Below, piece by piece: positions 18,205 through 27,234 of a DNA stretch of 33,158 nucleotides. The position numbers and the translations under genes are program-made. The notes beneath the pieces were generated by a model that was not told the origin of the DNA, did no database searches, and was given only the letters and a program-made list of their open reading frames with translations. Origin of the DNA: Candidatus Margulisiibacteriota bacterium (GTDB taxonomy: Bacteria > Margulisbacteria > WOR-1 > JAKLHX01); assembly GCA_022709925.1 (NCBI GenBank), contig JAKLHX010000001.1, forward strand, positions 1 through 33,158, in the 5' to 3' direction. Each line of letters opens with the position of its first letter. The stretch's first letter is position 1.

Positions 18205-19860
18205 TTACCTGTACCCGTTCGTGATCGGGATGCGGCGGTCCTTGCCGAATGATTTTGGCGTTATTTTTATGCCGGGGGCCGCCTGCCTTCTTTTATATTC
18301 GCTGGCGTCTATCATCTTTATTGTTTTTTTTACGGTCTCAGCGGGCAGCCCTTTTCTTATTATTTCCGCAGCGCTTTTATCTCTTTCAACATATTCAGAT
18401 ATTATCTTATCCAGAACATCATAAGGCGGAAGGGAATCCTGGTCCTTTTGGTCCTCTTTAAGTTCGGCGGTAGGGGCCCTTTCTATGATGCTTTGCGGGA
18501 TCGCTTCGGAGATCTTGTTCCTGTGATCTGCCAGCTCATATACCAGGGTTTTCGGGACATCCTTGATCACCGCCAATCCTCCGGCCATATCGCCGTAAAG
18601 GGTGGCGTATCCGGTGCTGACCTCGCTCTTATTTCCGGTAGCCAGAACAAGATATCCGAATTTGTTGGAAAGCGCCATGAGCAGGGTCCCTCTTATCCTT
18701 GCCTGGAGGTTCTCTTCCGCTATGTTCGGGGCGGTCCCGCTAAAATGATGGTCGAGCCCTGACAGGAAAGAATCAAAGACCTCTCCTATGGATATCTCTG
18801 AAAGGCCTATGCCAAGGTTCTCTGCAAGCTTTACGGCATCGCGCCTGCTTTGAGCGGAAGTATATTTTGAAGGCATGAACACGGCTTTTACGTTGTCTTT
18901 GCCGAGGCTGTCGGCCGCGATGGCCGCAACAATCGCGGAATCTATGCCTCCCGAAAGCCCGAAAACGACATCCTTGAAGCCGTTCTTTTTCACATAATCC
19001 CTGAGCCCCAGACAAAGCGCCCTGTATATTTCCGCCGGCCTGTCCAGCGGAACCGGGACAGAAAGATACAATTTTGTGCCTTTTTTATTTTTGTCCGGTT
19101 TTTTTGATATTTTTTCAGACACGTCGAAGACCAGCAGGTCTTCCTCGAACTGTTTAGCTCTCGTCCTGAGCTTCCCGCTGCTGTCCGCGACAAATGACAT
19201 CCCGTCAAAAACTATTTCGTCCTGTCCTCCTACGATATTCAGATAGGCGACCTCCGCGTGTTTTTGTTTTGCAAGGGTCTTTACTGTCCGTTCGCGCTCC
19301 TTCCATTTTCCGGAATAGTAAGGGGACGCGTTGATCGCTATTATGAGATCGAGAGACCCCGGACGGACCATGGAGGCAATCCCTTTTTTATCCCACAGGT
19401 CCTCGCAGACCGCTATGGAAAAAGATATCCCGTTAAGTTTAATACGGCTGAACGTTTTGCCGGGGGAAAAATACCTTTTCTCGTCAAACACCCCGTAATT
19501 CGGCAGGCAGACCTTGTTTTGTACCGCGCAGACTTTCCCGTTCTTGATGAAAGCTGCGCTGTTAAAGAGCTTCCCGTTCTTTTTGTCGGCAAATCCTATG
19601 ATGGCGGCTATCCCTCGGCATGATGCCGCGGCTTTTTTCAGCGCCTTCAGGTTCCCGTCTATGAAATCGGATTTTAAAAGCAGGTCTTCCGGCGGATATC
19701 CGGTTATCGCTAGTTCCGGAAAAACGATGAGATCTATGCCGGTTTTTTTTGCTTTTGCTATTTCGGCAACGATCCTGTCGCAATTGCCTTTGAGGTCCCC
19801 GACGGTCGGGTTGAACTGGCAAAGCGCGATCTTTATAGTTCGGGCAAGAGGGCTGTTCAT
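18205..19860 (-). CDS. nadE: Glutamine-dependent NAD+ synthetase
   Basis: 551 aa. The N-terminal CN-hydrolase domain has FPELAITGY and CEDLW. The C-terminal synthetase domain has the PP-loop LSGGIDSA. Confidence 0.9.
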   Translation of the reverse strand: MNSPLARTIKIALCQFNPTVGDLKGNCDRIVAEIAKAKKTGIDLIVFPELAITGYPPEDLLLKSDFIDGNLKALKKAAASCRGIAAIIGFADKKNGKLFNSAAFIKNGKVCAVQNKVCLPNYGVFDEKRYFSPGKTFSRIKLNGISFSIAVCEDLWDKKGIASMVRPGSLDLIIAINASPYYSGKWKERERTVKTLAKQKHAEVAYLNIVGGQDEIVFDGMSFVADSSGKLRTRAKQFEEDLLVFDVSEKISKKPDKNKKGTKLYLSVPVPLDRPAEIYRALCLGLRDYVKKNGFKDVVFGLSGGIDSAIVAAIAADSLGKDNVKAVFMPSKYTSAQSRRDAVKLAENLGIGLSEISIGEVFDSFLSGLDHHFSGTAPNIAEENLQARIRGTLLMALSNKFGYLVLATGNKSEVSTGYATLYGDMAGGLAVIKDVPKTLVYELADHRNKISEAIPQSIIERAPTAELKEDQKDQDSLPPYDVLDKIISEYVERDKSAAEIIRKGLPAETVKKTIKMIDASEYKRRQAAPGIKITPKSFGKDRRIPITNGYR

Positions 19861-19884
19861 GACTTGCTATAATGATATACAACA

Positions 19885-20844
19885 ATGCCCTCAAAATCAA
19901 CGCTCGCGGCAAATGCCGCGGAAAAAGCCGGAAAACTCTTTGAAAGCTGCGCCCTGTGCGGGCACAGGTGCGGCGTCAACAGGATAAACGGCGAAAAAGG
20001 CATTTGCGGGGCCGGGAACAGGATAAAGGTCTCTTCTGTTGTCGCCCATTTCGGAGAAGAGCCTTTCATTTCCGGGGACAAGGGCTCCGGCGCGATATTC
20101 TTTTCTCTGTGCAATCTTAATTGTGTATTCTGCCAGAACCACGAGATAAGCCAGCGCGACAGCGGCGAAGAGATCTCTTCGGAAGACCTGAGCAAGGCGA
20201 TGCTTTTGCTTCAGGAGCGAGGCTGCCACAATATAAACCTGGTATCCCCGACGCATTTTATGCCGCTGATACTTGATGCCCTTAAGATCGCCTTTGAGAA
20301 CGGCCTGAACATCCCGATCGTCTATAATACAGGCGGATTTGACAGTGTCGAGCTCATAAGACTTCTTGACGGCATAATCGATATTTATATGCCGGACCTC
20401 AAATTCATTGACGCCAAACTGGCCAAAAGATATTCAAATGCTGGGAATTATCCGGACACTGCAAAGGACGCCGTAAAAGAAATGTTCAGGCAAGTCGGCA
20501 ACATTGTTTTTGATGAGAACGAAATGGCCGTAAAAGGATTGCTGGCAAGACATCTTGTTCTTCCCGGAGCGACGGAGAACAGTAAAATGGCAATGGAGTT
20601 CCTGGCCTCGGTCTCTAGAGAAGTGTGGATAAGCGTCATGTCGCAATATAACCCGATGAACCGGGCAAAAGAATTTCCCGAAATAGCAGGGACGCTGGAC
20701 CAAAAAGAATACTGGCAAGTCATAGAAAAAGTACAGGATCTCCGCATGGAAAACTATCTTATACAAGAGATGGGGTCTTCCGAAGCATATGTTCCTGATT
20801 TTAGCAGGGACGATCCTTTTGAAGCTGAGGGCAGAGTGATATAA
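19885..20844 (+). CDS. Radical SAM protein, PflX-like (homolog of the pyruvate formate-lyase activase family)
   Basis: 319 aa with CX3CX2C (CNLNCVFCQN) and an N-terminal Cys cluster CALCGHRCGVNR..GICG. TGCTATAAT (19865-19873) ends 11 nt before the ATG, and there is no SD. Confidence 0.7.
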   Translation: MPSKSTLAANAAEKAGKLFESCALCGHRCGVNRINGEKGICGAGNRIKVSSVVAHFGEEPFISGDKGSGAIFFSLCNLNCVFCQNHEISQRDSGEEISSEDLSKAMLLLQERGCHNINLVSPTHFMPLILDALKIAFENGLNIPIVYNTGGFDSVELIRLLDGIIDIYMPDLKFIDAKLAKRYSNAGNYPDTAKDAVKEMFRQVGNIVFDENEMAVKGLLARHLVLPGATENSKMAMEFLASVSREVWISVMSQYNPMNRAKEFPEIAGTLDQKEYWQVIEKVQDLRMENYLIQEMGSSEAYVPDFSRDDPFEAEGRVI

Positions 20845-20871
20845 TATCTTAAAAGGGCCGGAGGGATATTT

Positions 20872-21840
20872 ATGAAAATTAAAAGGATCGGTGTTATGAC
20901 GACCGGAGGGGATGCCCCCGGCATGAACGCCGCGATAAGGGCCGTTGTAAGGTCCGCGCGCTATAGAGGGCTTGAGGTCGTCGGCATTGAGCGCGGATAC
21001 GCGGGTCTTATAGACGGCAGCATGAAAATATTGGACGTAAGGTCCGTAAGCGGGATAATAAATAAGGGCGGGACGATACTGCACACCGTAAGGTCAAAAG
21101 AATTCAGACAAAAGATTTACCGGAAAAGGGCTTACGAACACCTTCGCGAGCACAAGATCGACGGGCTTGTAGTGATCGGTGGGGACGGGTCTCTTCACGG
21201 TTCTTTGAGTATGTATAAAGAAAGCGGGATCCCTTGTATCGTTATTCCGGCCACTATCGACAACGATCTGCCGAAGACCGACTATACTATAGGGTTCGAT
21301 ACCGCGGTCAATACAGCCGTTGATGCGATAGATAAGATCCGCGACACGGCCACCTCTCACGAAAGGGTCTTTATCGTCGAGGTTATGGGGCGCGAACACG
21401 GATTTTTGGCTCTTGAGGTCGGCCTGGTATCCGGTGCGGAAGTGATAATGATCCCGGAAATAAAGACCAATATAAAAAAAGTGATCAAAAGCCTTGAGGA
21501 CGGACGCCGCCGCGGGAAATCAAGCAGCATAATCGTCACGGCCGAAGGCGCCGGGAACCCGAATTCTATAGCCGATGAGATAAGCAAGAACACAAAAATG
21601 GATGTCCGCGTGACGATCCTGGGGCACATACAAAGAGGCGGGACGCCGTCGGCTTTTAGCAGGATGCTGGCGTGCAAGTTCGGCGCCGAAGCCGTAAGGC
21701 TTCTTTGTGAAGGCCGCTACAACAGGATGGTCGGGATCGTAGGCAAGACGATAGTATCGTTCCCGATAGCCGATGTGGTAAAAGGCAAAAAATCCATAAA
21801 TTACAGCGATTATAATCTTGCGCAGATATTCGCAATCTAG
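20872..21840 (+). CDS. pfkA: ATP-dependent 6-phosphofructokinase
   Basis: 322 aa. Motifs: GVMTTGGDAPGMNAAIR, IGGDGS, PATIDNDL, MGREHG and GHIQRGG. GGAGGG RBS. Confidence 0.9.
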   Translation: MKIKRIGVMTTGGDAPGMNAAIRAVVRSARYRGLEVVGIERGYAGLIDGSMKILDVRSVSGIINKGGTILHTVRSKEFRQKIYRKRAYEHLREHKIDGLVVIGGDGSLHGSLSMYKESGIPCIVIPATIDNDLPKTDYTIGFDTAVNTAVDAIDKIRDTATSHERVFIVEVMGREHGFLALEVGLVSGAEVIMIPEIKTNIKKVIKSLEDGRRRGKSSSIIVTAEGAGNPNSIADEISKNTKMDVRVTILGHIQRGGTPSAFSRMLACKFGAEAVRLLCEGRYNRMVGIVGKTIVSFPIADVVKGKKSINYSDYNLAQIFAI

Positions 21841-21849
21841 GAGCTATCC

Positions 21850-22149
21850 GTGAAAATGGAAAAGATACAGCTTTCTGAAAAAAGCGCCGAAGGCTATGTC
21901 TTTGAGTTCGGTCCGGTCAACCTCGTTTTTGCCAAGACCGATTCCGGCATGATAGGCTGCGGTCTTATAGATGTCGTAGTCTTTGATAAGTTCAATTTTC
22001 CCGCCGCAAGGGTGAAATCTTCGGGCAGCGGGGCCATTACAGACATTAATGATCTTCTTGACGGGACCGTAAAGGACGTCAACGAAACAGCCAGCAAAAA
22101 AGGGCTGACGGTAGGCATGACCGGAAGACAAGCTCTCGAGATGATGTGA
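21850..22149 (+). CDS. DUF1805 (YunC-like) protein
   Basis: 99 aa. The pattern GMIGCGLIDVVVFDKFNFPAARV...INDLLDGTVKDVNETASKKGLTVGMTGRQALEMM matches the YunC family. The GTG start lies 6 nt after AGGAG. Confidence 0.6.
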   Translation: MKMEKIQLSEKSAEGYVFEFGPVNLVFAKTDSGMIGCGLIDVVVFDKFNFPAARVKSSGSGAITDINDLLDGTVKDVNETASKKGLTVGMTGRQALEMM

Positions 22150-22152
22150 CCT

Positions 22153-22863
22153 TTAGTACAAGAAAGAAGTCAGTGATTCGAACCGCCCCGTAGCCAAGAG
22201 TATCCCGACTATCACGAGAATGATCCCCGAAACGATGTTTATGGCGGGGACCCACCGGCGGATCTTCTTAAGTCCGGCCAAAAAATAATTCACGGACAGT
22301 GATATTATGAAGAACGGGATCGCCATCCCAAGAGAAAAAAGTCCGAGCAGCATTATGCCGTTCAACAATGTAGCGTCGGTGCCGGCGATTATAAGTATCG
22401 ACCCGAGTATAGGGCCTACGCACGGGGTCCATCCCGCGGCAAATATTATCCCCGCTATAAAAGACCTGAAATAACCTGGAGCGGCCCCGTTCTCTTTGAA
22501 CTTAAAATAAGAATTCAGGGGCCCTATTTTAAGCAAGCCTATTATATGAAGGCCGAAGAGAATAATAAGCAAGCCCCCGATCAGCCTGATGAGCCCCCTG
22601 TATTCCAAAAAAAGATTGCCCGCAAAACCTGCCGCCGCTCCCAATAATACAAAGACCGCCGAAAAACCCAGGATAAAACAGAGCGAGTACAGAACGGTAA
22701 GCCTCTTTATGTCCGCGGGGACCGGCTCGTTCTCGATGCCGCTGAATACCGACCCTGTAATGTATGACATGTAAGAAGGCACGAGCGGAAGTATGCAGGG
22801 AGAGAAAAAAGACAGGAGTCCGGCAAAAAAAGCCACGGGAGCCGAAATGCTTTCGGCGATCAT
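22153..22863 (-). CDS. ccdA: Cytochrome c biogenesis / thiol-disulfide electron transporter CcdA (DsbD family)
   Basis: 236 aa, polytopic. The two conserved Cys motifs are FFSPCILPLVP and GWTPCVGPILG. An ATGA overlap links it to the upstream tlpA-like gene. Confidence 0.8.
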   Translation of the reverse strand: MIAESISAPVAFFAGLLSFFSPCILPLVPSYMSYITGSVFSGIENEPVPADIKRLTVLYSLCFILGFSAVFVLLGAAAGFAGNLFLEYRGLIRLIGGLLIILFGLHIIGLLKIGPLNSYFKFKENGAAPGYFRSFIAGIIFAAGWTPCVGPILGSILIIAGTDATLLNGIMLLGLFSLGMAIPFFIISLSVNYFLAGLKKIRRWVPAINIVSGIILVIVGILLATGRFESLTSFLY

Positions 22864-23372
22864 TGCGCCAGCCTGGTAAGCTCTTTAATTATGTCATCGC
22901 TGGCCCAATCCCGCTCCCCGATGACCTTGCTTACTATTGTGCCTTTTTTGTCGATTATAAAAGTGACGGGGATGCTTGCCACCGAGTATTTGTCCGCTGC
23001 GGAGCCGTCGCTGTCCAGGAGGACCTTGAACGTGTATCCTCCGGACTTTATGAAGTTCATGACCTTGTTCTTATCCCCGCGATCTACCGATACGCAGATG
23101 ACCTCGAATTTTTTGCCTTTCATCTTATTGTGGAGTTTTTGGATCGAGGGCATTTCCCTTCTGCAAGGCGGGCACCACGTGGCAAAGAAGTTCAGGAAAA
23201 TGACCTTGCCTTTATGGTCCGACAGTCTTGTGTATATGCCGTCCGTATCAAGGAGATGGAAGTCCGAATATTTGGATGCGGGCCTTTCTGCCATGGCGCT
23301 GCACAGTCCGGAGCCCATGACCAGGGATACGGCCAACAGCAGGATCAAAGGGGACCTCAAAGTTCTTTTCAT
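22860..23372 (-). CDS. Secreted TlpA/ResA-like thioredoxin-fold thiol-disulfide oxidoreductase
   Basis: 170 aa from ATG 23372, with signal peptide MKRTLRSPLILLLAVSLVMGSGLCSAMA and active site WCPPC. The track ORF start at 23498 adds an implausible 42-aa extension. Confidence 0.8.
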   Translation of the reverse strand: MKRTLRSPLILLLAVSLVMGSGLCSAMAERPASKYSDFHLLDTDGIYTRLSDHKGKVIFLNFFATWCPPCRREMPSIQKLHNKMKGKKFEVICVSVDRGDKNKVMNFIKSGGYTFKVLLDSDGSAADKYSVASIPVTFIIDKKGTIVSKVIGERDWASDDIIKELTRLAQ

Positions 23373-23833
23373 ATTTTCAGGATATATAGTACCATAATGT
23401 ACCCGATTTTTGGCCAAAAAAAATGCCCCATCGCTCCTTACATGCACATGGACGACATTCACGCGCAAGTTGTCGTCAAGGAACTCGAGGCATTTCATCC
23501 GCTAACGCGGGATCACGTAGCAACAATTTTATCTTCTCGCGACAGAGACCTTTTTCGGGTCCGACAAGCTCTAGGATAGGCCCATCTTTAAGGCAAAGCC
23601 TCTGGATAAGCCCAAGCTCGTTTTTCCTTAAAAAATCATGTTTAGAGAAAAATAGATCTTGTTGCTCAGCTCGGCGGGGTCACACCGCTTCTGCGCTTTG
23701 TAGTAAATAATCTAACAGTAAGGATTTTAGCTGTCAAGCGGCGTTTACAATATTTTTCAAATATGGTAAAGTTTAGTGGAGTACAAACCGAAATAATCCC
23801 AATGGTTCGGCGAAATTTTTTAGGAGGAAGACC

Positions 23834-25219
23834 ATGAAGAAAAATGCTGCGGTGTTGGTTGCCTTGGTGTGTTTTGCGGTATCTGTTTTTGGCTGCGGAG
23901 GAAGGACAAGCAATCCAGTAGACCAGGCTTCAAAAGAAGCCTCTAAGCCGGCTGCCGTATCAGGGAAAAAAGTGATCCAGATGTGGGTCATGCCCAACAG
24001 TCTTGAGCCCGTCAAGGACATAGAAGCCATACTCGCGGAGTTCGAGAAAGCGAACCCGGACATAGATGTGGTCATCACTTCGGTTGATTGGGGATCTGCA
24101 TGGACAAAGATAACGACTGCCGCTACATCAGGAGACACTCCCGATATCGTCCAGCTGGGAAGCACCTGGGTGGGCTCTATATCAGCCATAGGCGCTTTAA
24201 TGGACCTGAAGGACAAAGTCGCGGAAATAGGCGGAGGTTCTACATTCATAGCTCCTGCTTGGGCATCCCGCGGTCTTGAAGGGTCCGGTACTGTTACGGC
24301 TATCCCTTGGTTCGTTGATTCGAGAGCGATGTTCTTTAGGACCGACGTGATGAAGCAGCTCAGGCTTACGTCCGAAAATTTCAAGACATGGGGAGCTTTT
24401 GAAAAATCTCTCACCAGCATAAAGGATGCCGAGCTTGAGATAGAAGGCGTAAGGGTCTATCCTCTGGGCATCCCTGGGAAGAACGACTGGAACGTGATAC
24501 ACAATATTGCTCCTTGGATATGGGCGGCCGGAGGAGATTTTCTCTCTAAAGACAGAAAATCTTCGGCGATAAACAGCGCTGCCGCGGTCGAAGGGGTCCT
24601 CTACTATGTGAACCTTGTCAAAAAAGGTTTTATCCCGCTGGATGCCCTGGAACTAAACACCGCGCAGGTGAGCAGTAATTTCAACAACGGGTCTTACGGG
24701 ATGTATTTTGACGGCCCGTACGAAGTGAAGACTTTGACACTGCCGCCGGAACAGGGCGGCTCTTACGGGTCCATAGCTTCAAGGAATTTCTCCATAGCAC
24801 TGTATCCGGCCGGTCCTAAAGGCAGGTACACTTTTGTAGGCGGGAGCAGCCTGGCGATATTCAAGAACAGCAAGAACCCGGATGCCGCATGGAAGGTCAT
24901 AAAACATCTGGTGTCTTACAAGTCCCAGGTGAATTACGCGAAAGCTACCGGTTTCCTTCCGTCAACTAAAGCGGCATTCCAGGACCCGTATTTTTCTTCG
25001 GACCAATACAGGAGCATATTCAAGGATTCGATCAAATACGGCAGGACATATCCTTGCGTTTCCGCATGGGGATTGATAGAACCCATACTTACAAGAAGAC
25101 TGGGCATAATGTGGGACCATGTATTGGCGGCCGAGGACGAAGAGATCAGGGATGTCGTGAAGAGCGATCTCGACGCGGCGGCCAGGGAAATAAATTCTGT
25201 CCTTAACGTTAAAAAGTAA
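23834..25219 (+). CDS. ABC-transporter extracellular solute-binding lipoprotein (family 1, carbohydrate type)
   Basis: 461 aa with a lipobox SVFGC signal and typical sugar-SBP blocks (DVVQLGSTW-like DIVQLGSTWVG, PWFVDSRAMFFR). TAGGAGGAAG RBS. No permease or ATPase genes lie adjacent. Confidence 0.8.
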   Translation: MKKNAAVLVALVCFAVSVFGCGGRTSNPVDQASKEASKPAAVSGKKVIQMWVMPNSLEPVKDIEAILAEFEKANPDIDVVITSVDWGSAWTKITTAATSGDTPDIVQLGSTWVGSISAIGALMDLKDKVAEIGGGSTFIAPAWASRGLEGSGTVTAIPWFVDSRAMFFRTDVMKQLRLTSENFKTWGAFEKSLTSIKDAELEIEGVRVYPLGIPGKNDWNVIHNIAPWIWAAGGDFLSKDRKSSAINSAAAVEGVLYYVNLVKKGFIPLDALELNTAQVSSNFNNGSYGMYFDGPYEVKTLTLPPEQGGSYGSIASRNFSIALYPAGPKGRYTFVGGSSLAIFKNSKNPDAAWKVIKHLVSYKSQVNYAKATGFLPSTKAAFQDPYFSSDQYRSIFKDSIKYGRTYPCVSAWGLIEPILTRRLGIMWDHVLAAEDEEIRDVVKSDLDAAAREINSVLNVKK

Positions 25220-25301
25220 AAGTTCGGATACCAATGGCGGTATGAGACACCTCGGATATCTTTCCGGGGATCTTTTATCGCCTTGTTCTTAAGGAGACCA
25301 T

Positions 25302-27131
25302 ATGTGCGGCATATTCGGCTATGTGGGCGGCAAGGATTCGGTTTCAATACTTATAGAGGGGCTTAAAAAACTCGAATACAGGGGATATGATTCCGCAGGC
25401 ATCGCCACTATATCGAACAAAAAGATACACCTTGAGAAATCGGTCGGCAAGATCGCCGATCTCGAATCTATAGTCTCATCCAAGTCCAGAATATCCCATA
25501 TAGGCTTGGGACATACGAGATGGGCCACTCACGGACAGCCGTCAAAAGAAAACGCCCATCCTCATCTGGATTGTACGGGCAGCATTGCGCTGGTGCATAA
25601 CGGGATAATCGAGAACTACGAAGAATTGAAGCGCGCGCTCTGCGCCAAGGGCCATGTGTTCAGATCCCAGACCGATACCGAAGTGATAGTCCATCTTATA
25701 GAGGAGAACATCAGGCACGGACTGGAGAACGCGGTCAAGCTTGCGCTCAAAAAATTAAAAGGGTCTTACGCGATAGGGGTCCTATACAAGAACAATCCCG
25801 ACAAGATAATCGTCGCGCGCAAAGGAAGTCCTCTGGTGATAGGCATAGGTGAAAAAGAGAACTTTATTTCGAGCGATATCCCTGCCATGGTCAAATATTC
25901 TTCCAGAATAATAACCCTGGAGGACGGAGATATCGCGACGGTCACAAAGAGCAAGGTCAAGATATTCTCCGCGACAAAGACATCCATAAAGAGGGAAGAG
26001 ACGCTCATCTCTTGGGACCCGATCTCGGCCGAAAAATCAGGATACGCGCATTTTATGTTGAAAGAGATACATGAACAGCCCAAAGCCATAATAGACACAA
26101 TAAAGGACATAGTCGATCCGTCCAAAAAGAATATAAAGTTCAAACACCTGAACCTCAAAGAGAAGGATATATCGAACATAAAAAGAGTGGTTCTTACGGC
26201 CTGCGGGACATCATGGCACTCCGCGCTTATCGGGGAATATTACCTTGAATATTACGCAAAGATCCCTTCCGAGGTTGAGTACGCCGCTGAGTTCAGGTAC
26301 CGGATGCCTATAGTGGACAAGAACACCCTGGTGATAGCGATCAGCCAATCCGGGGAGACCGCGGATACGCTCGGGGCGATACAGGAAGCAAAAAAGCACG
26401 GAGCGAAGGTCATATCCATATGCAATGTCTTTTCATCTTCCATTGTGAGGGAATCGGACGGGGTCATTTATACAATGGCCGGTCCCGAAATAGGGGTGGC
26501 GTCTACCAAGGCATTCACCACCCAGGTGGCGGTCCTTTTCCTTTTATCCATATTCCTCGGAAGAAAAAAGAACAGGCTCTCTAAGGCCAAGTTCTTGAGC
26601 AGGTTGAGCAGCCTTTTTGAGATCCCGCATAAGGTGGAACAGGTCCTTGCATCGGAAGATAAGATCGAAAAGATCGCGGACAAATATTGCAACGCCAATA
26701 ACGCATTGTACCTCGGAAGAGGGGAAGGGTTCCCCGCGGCGCTTGAAGGGGCCCTAAAACTAAAAGAAATATCCTATGTGCATGCTGAAGGGTATCCTGC
26801 TGCAGAGATGAAACACGGGCCGATCGCTCTTATCGACGAGAATATGCCTGTTGTCGTCCTTGCTCTTGCGGGAAGAAGATACGAAAAGATCCTGGGGAAT
26901 ATCGAAGAAGTGAACGCCAGAGGCGGAAGGGTAATAGCTCTTGCCACCGAAGGGGACAGGCTGATAACAAAAAAAGCAAAAGACGTGATCTTTCTTCCTA
27001 AGACCAGGGAAACGCTTTCCGCGATCCTGGCAGTCATACCTCTCCAGCTTTTGGCATATTATATCGCCATAAAACGAGGCTGCCATGTCGATCAACCGCG
27101 GAACCTTGCGAAGAGCGTGACTGTAGAATAG
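25302..27131 (+). CDS. glmS: Glutamine--fructose-6-phosphate aminotransferase
   Basis: 609 aa with the MCGIFGY N-terminal nucleophile, two SIS domains and a C-terminal LAKSVTVE. AAGGAG RBS. Confidence 0.95.
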   Translation: MCGIFGYVGGKDSVSILIEGLKKLEYRGYDSAGIATISNKKIHLEKSVGKIADLESIVSSKSRISHIGLGHTRWATHGQPSKENAHPHLDCTGSIALVHNGIIENYEELKRALCAKGHVFRSQTDTEVIVHLIEENIRHGLENAVKLALKKLKGSYAIGVLYKNNPDKIIVARKGSPLVIGIGEKENFISSDIPAMVKYSSRIITLEDGDIATVTKSKVKIFSATKTSIKREETLISWDPISAEKSGYAHFMLKEIHEQPKAIIDTIKDIVDPSKKNIKFKHLNLKEKDISNIKRVVLTACGTSWHSALIGEYYLEYYAKIPSEVEYAAEFRYRMPIVDKNTLVIAISQSGETADTLGAIQEAKKHGAKVISICNVFSSSIVRESDGVIYTMAGPEIGVASTKAFTTQVAVLFLLSIFLGRKKNRLSKAKFLSRLSSLFEIPHKVEQVLASEDKIEKIADKYCNANNALYLGRGEGFPAALEGALKLKEISYVHAEGYPAAEMKHGPIALIDENMPVVVLALAGRRYEKILGNIEEVNARGGRVIALATEGDRLITKKAKDVIFLPKTRETLSAILAVIPLQLLAYYIAIKRGCHVDQPRNLAKSVTVE

Positions 27132-27156
27132 ACAAACTGACCCACCGAAGAACATG

Positions 27157-27183
27157 TAAGGGCGGGTTTTAAACCCGCCCCGA
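27157..27183. repeat. 27-nt GC-stem hairpin repeat, copy 2 (inverted orientation)
   Basis: GTAAGGGCGGGTTTTAAACCCGCCCCG is the exact reverse complement of 1131-1157. This copy is intergenic, between glmS and the GH94 gene. Confidence 0.85.
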
Positions 27184-27234
27184 CATTTATGATAAAATAA
27201 AAAAGCGACATAATAATTAGAAAGGGACCCCCAG

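Noticed and set aside
20434-21084. 216-aa minus-strand ORF spanning the radical-SAM/pfkA junction
   Set aside because: It is antisense to two well-supported plus-strand genes and crosses their intergenic RBS. Its composition is atypical (Tyr/Pro/His-rich) and no motif is present.
22764-23579. 271-aa plus-strand ORF, and the 95-aa ORF at 23423-23710
   Set aside because: The first is antisense to the tlpA-like gene and runs into the non-coding gap. Both translations are Arg/Ser-rich junk without motifs or an RBS.
23773-24420. 215-aa minus-strand ORF; similar antisense ORFs at 29998-30549 and 32526-33137
   Set aside because: These are shadows of the SBP, Ig-repeat lipoprotein and GH42-like genes respectively. 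They have no start context and no recognisable domains.
25220-25301. Possible glmS ribozyme upstream of glmS
   Set aside because: The 82-nt leader is too short for the ~170-nt ribozyme, and I see none of its conserved core. It contains only an AAGGAG RBS.
27157-27183. The hairpin after glmS as a classical rho-independent terminator
   Set aside because: The GC stem is present but no U-run follows on the plus strand (CGACATTTAT). It is treated as a repeat element that may still pause or terminate transcription.
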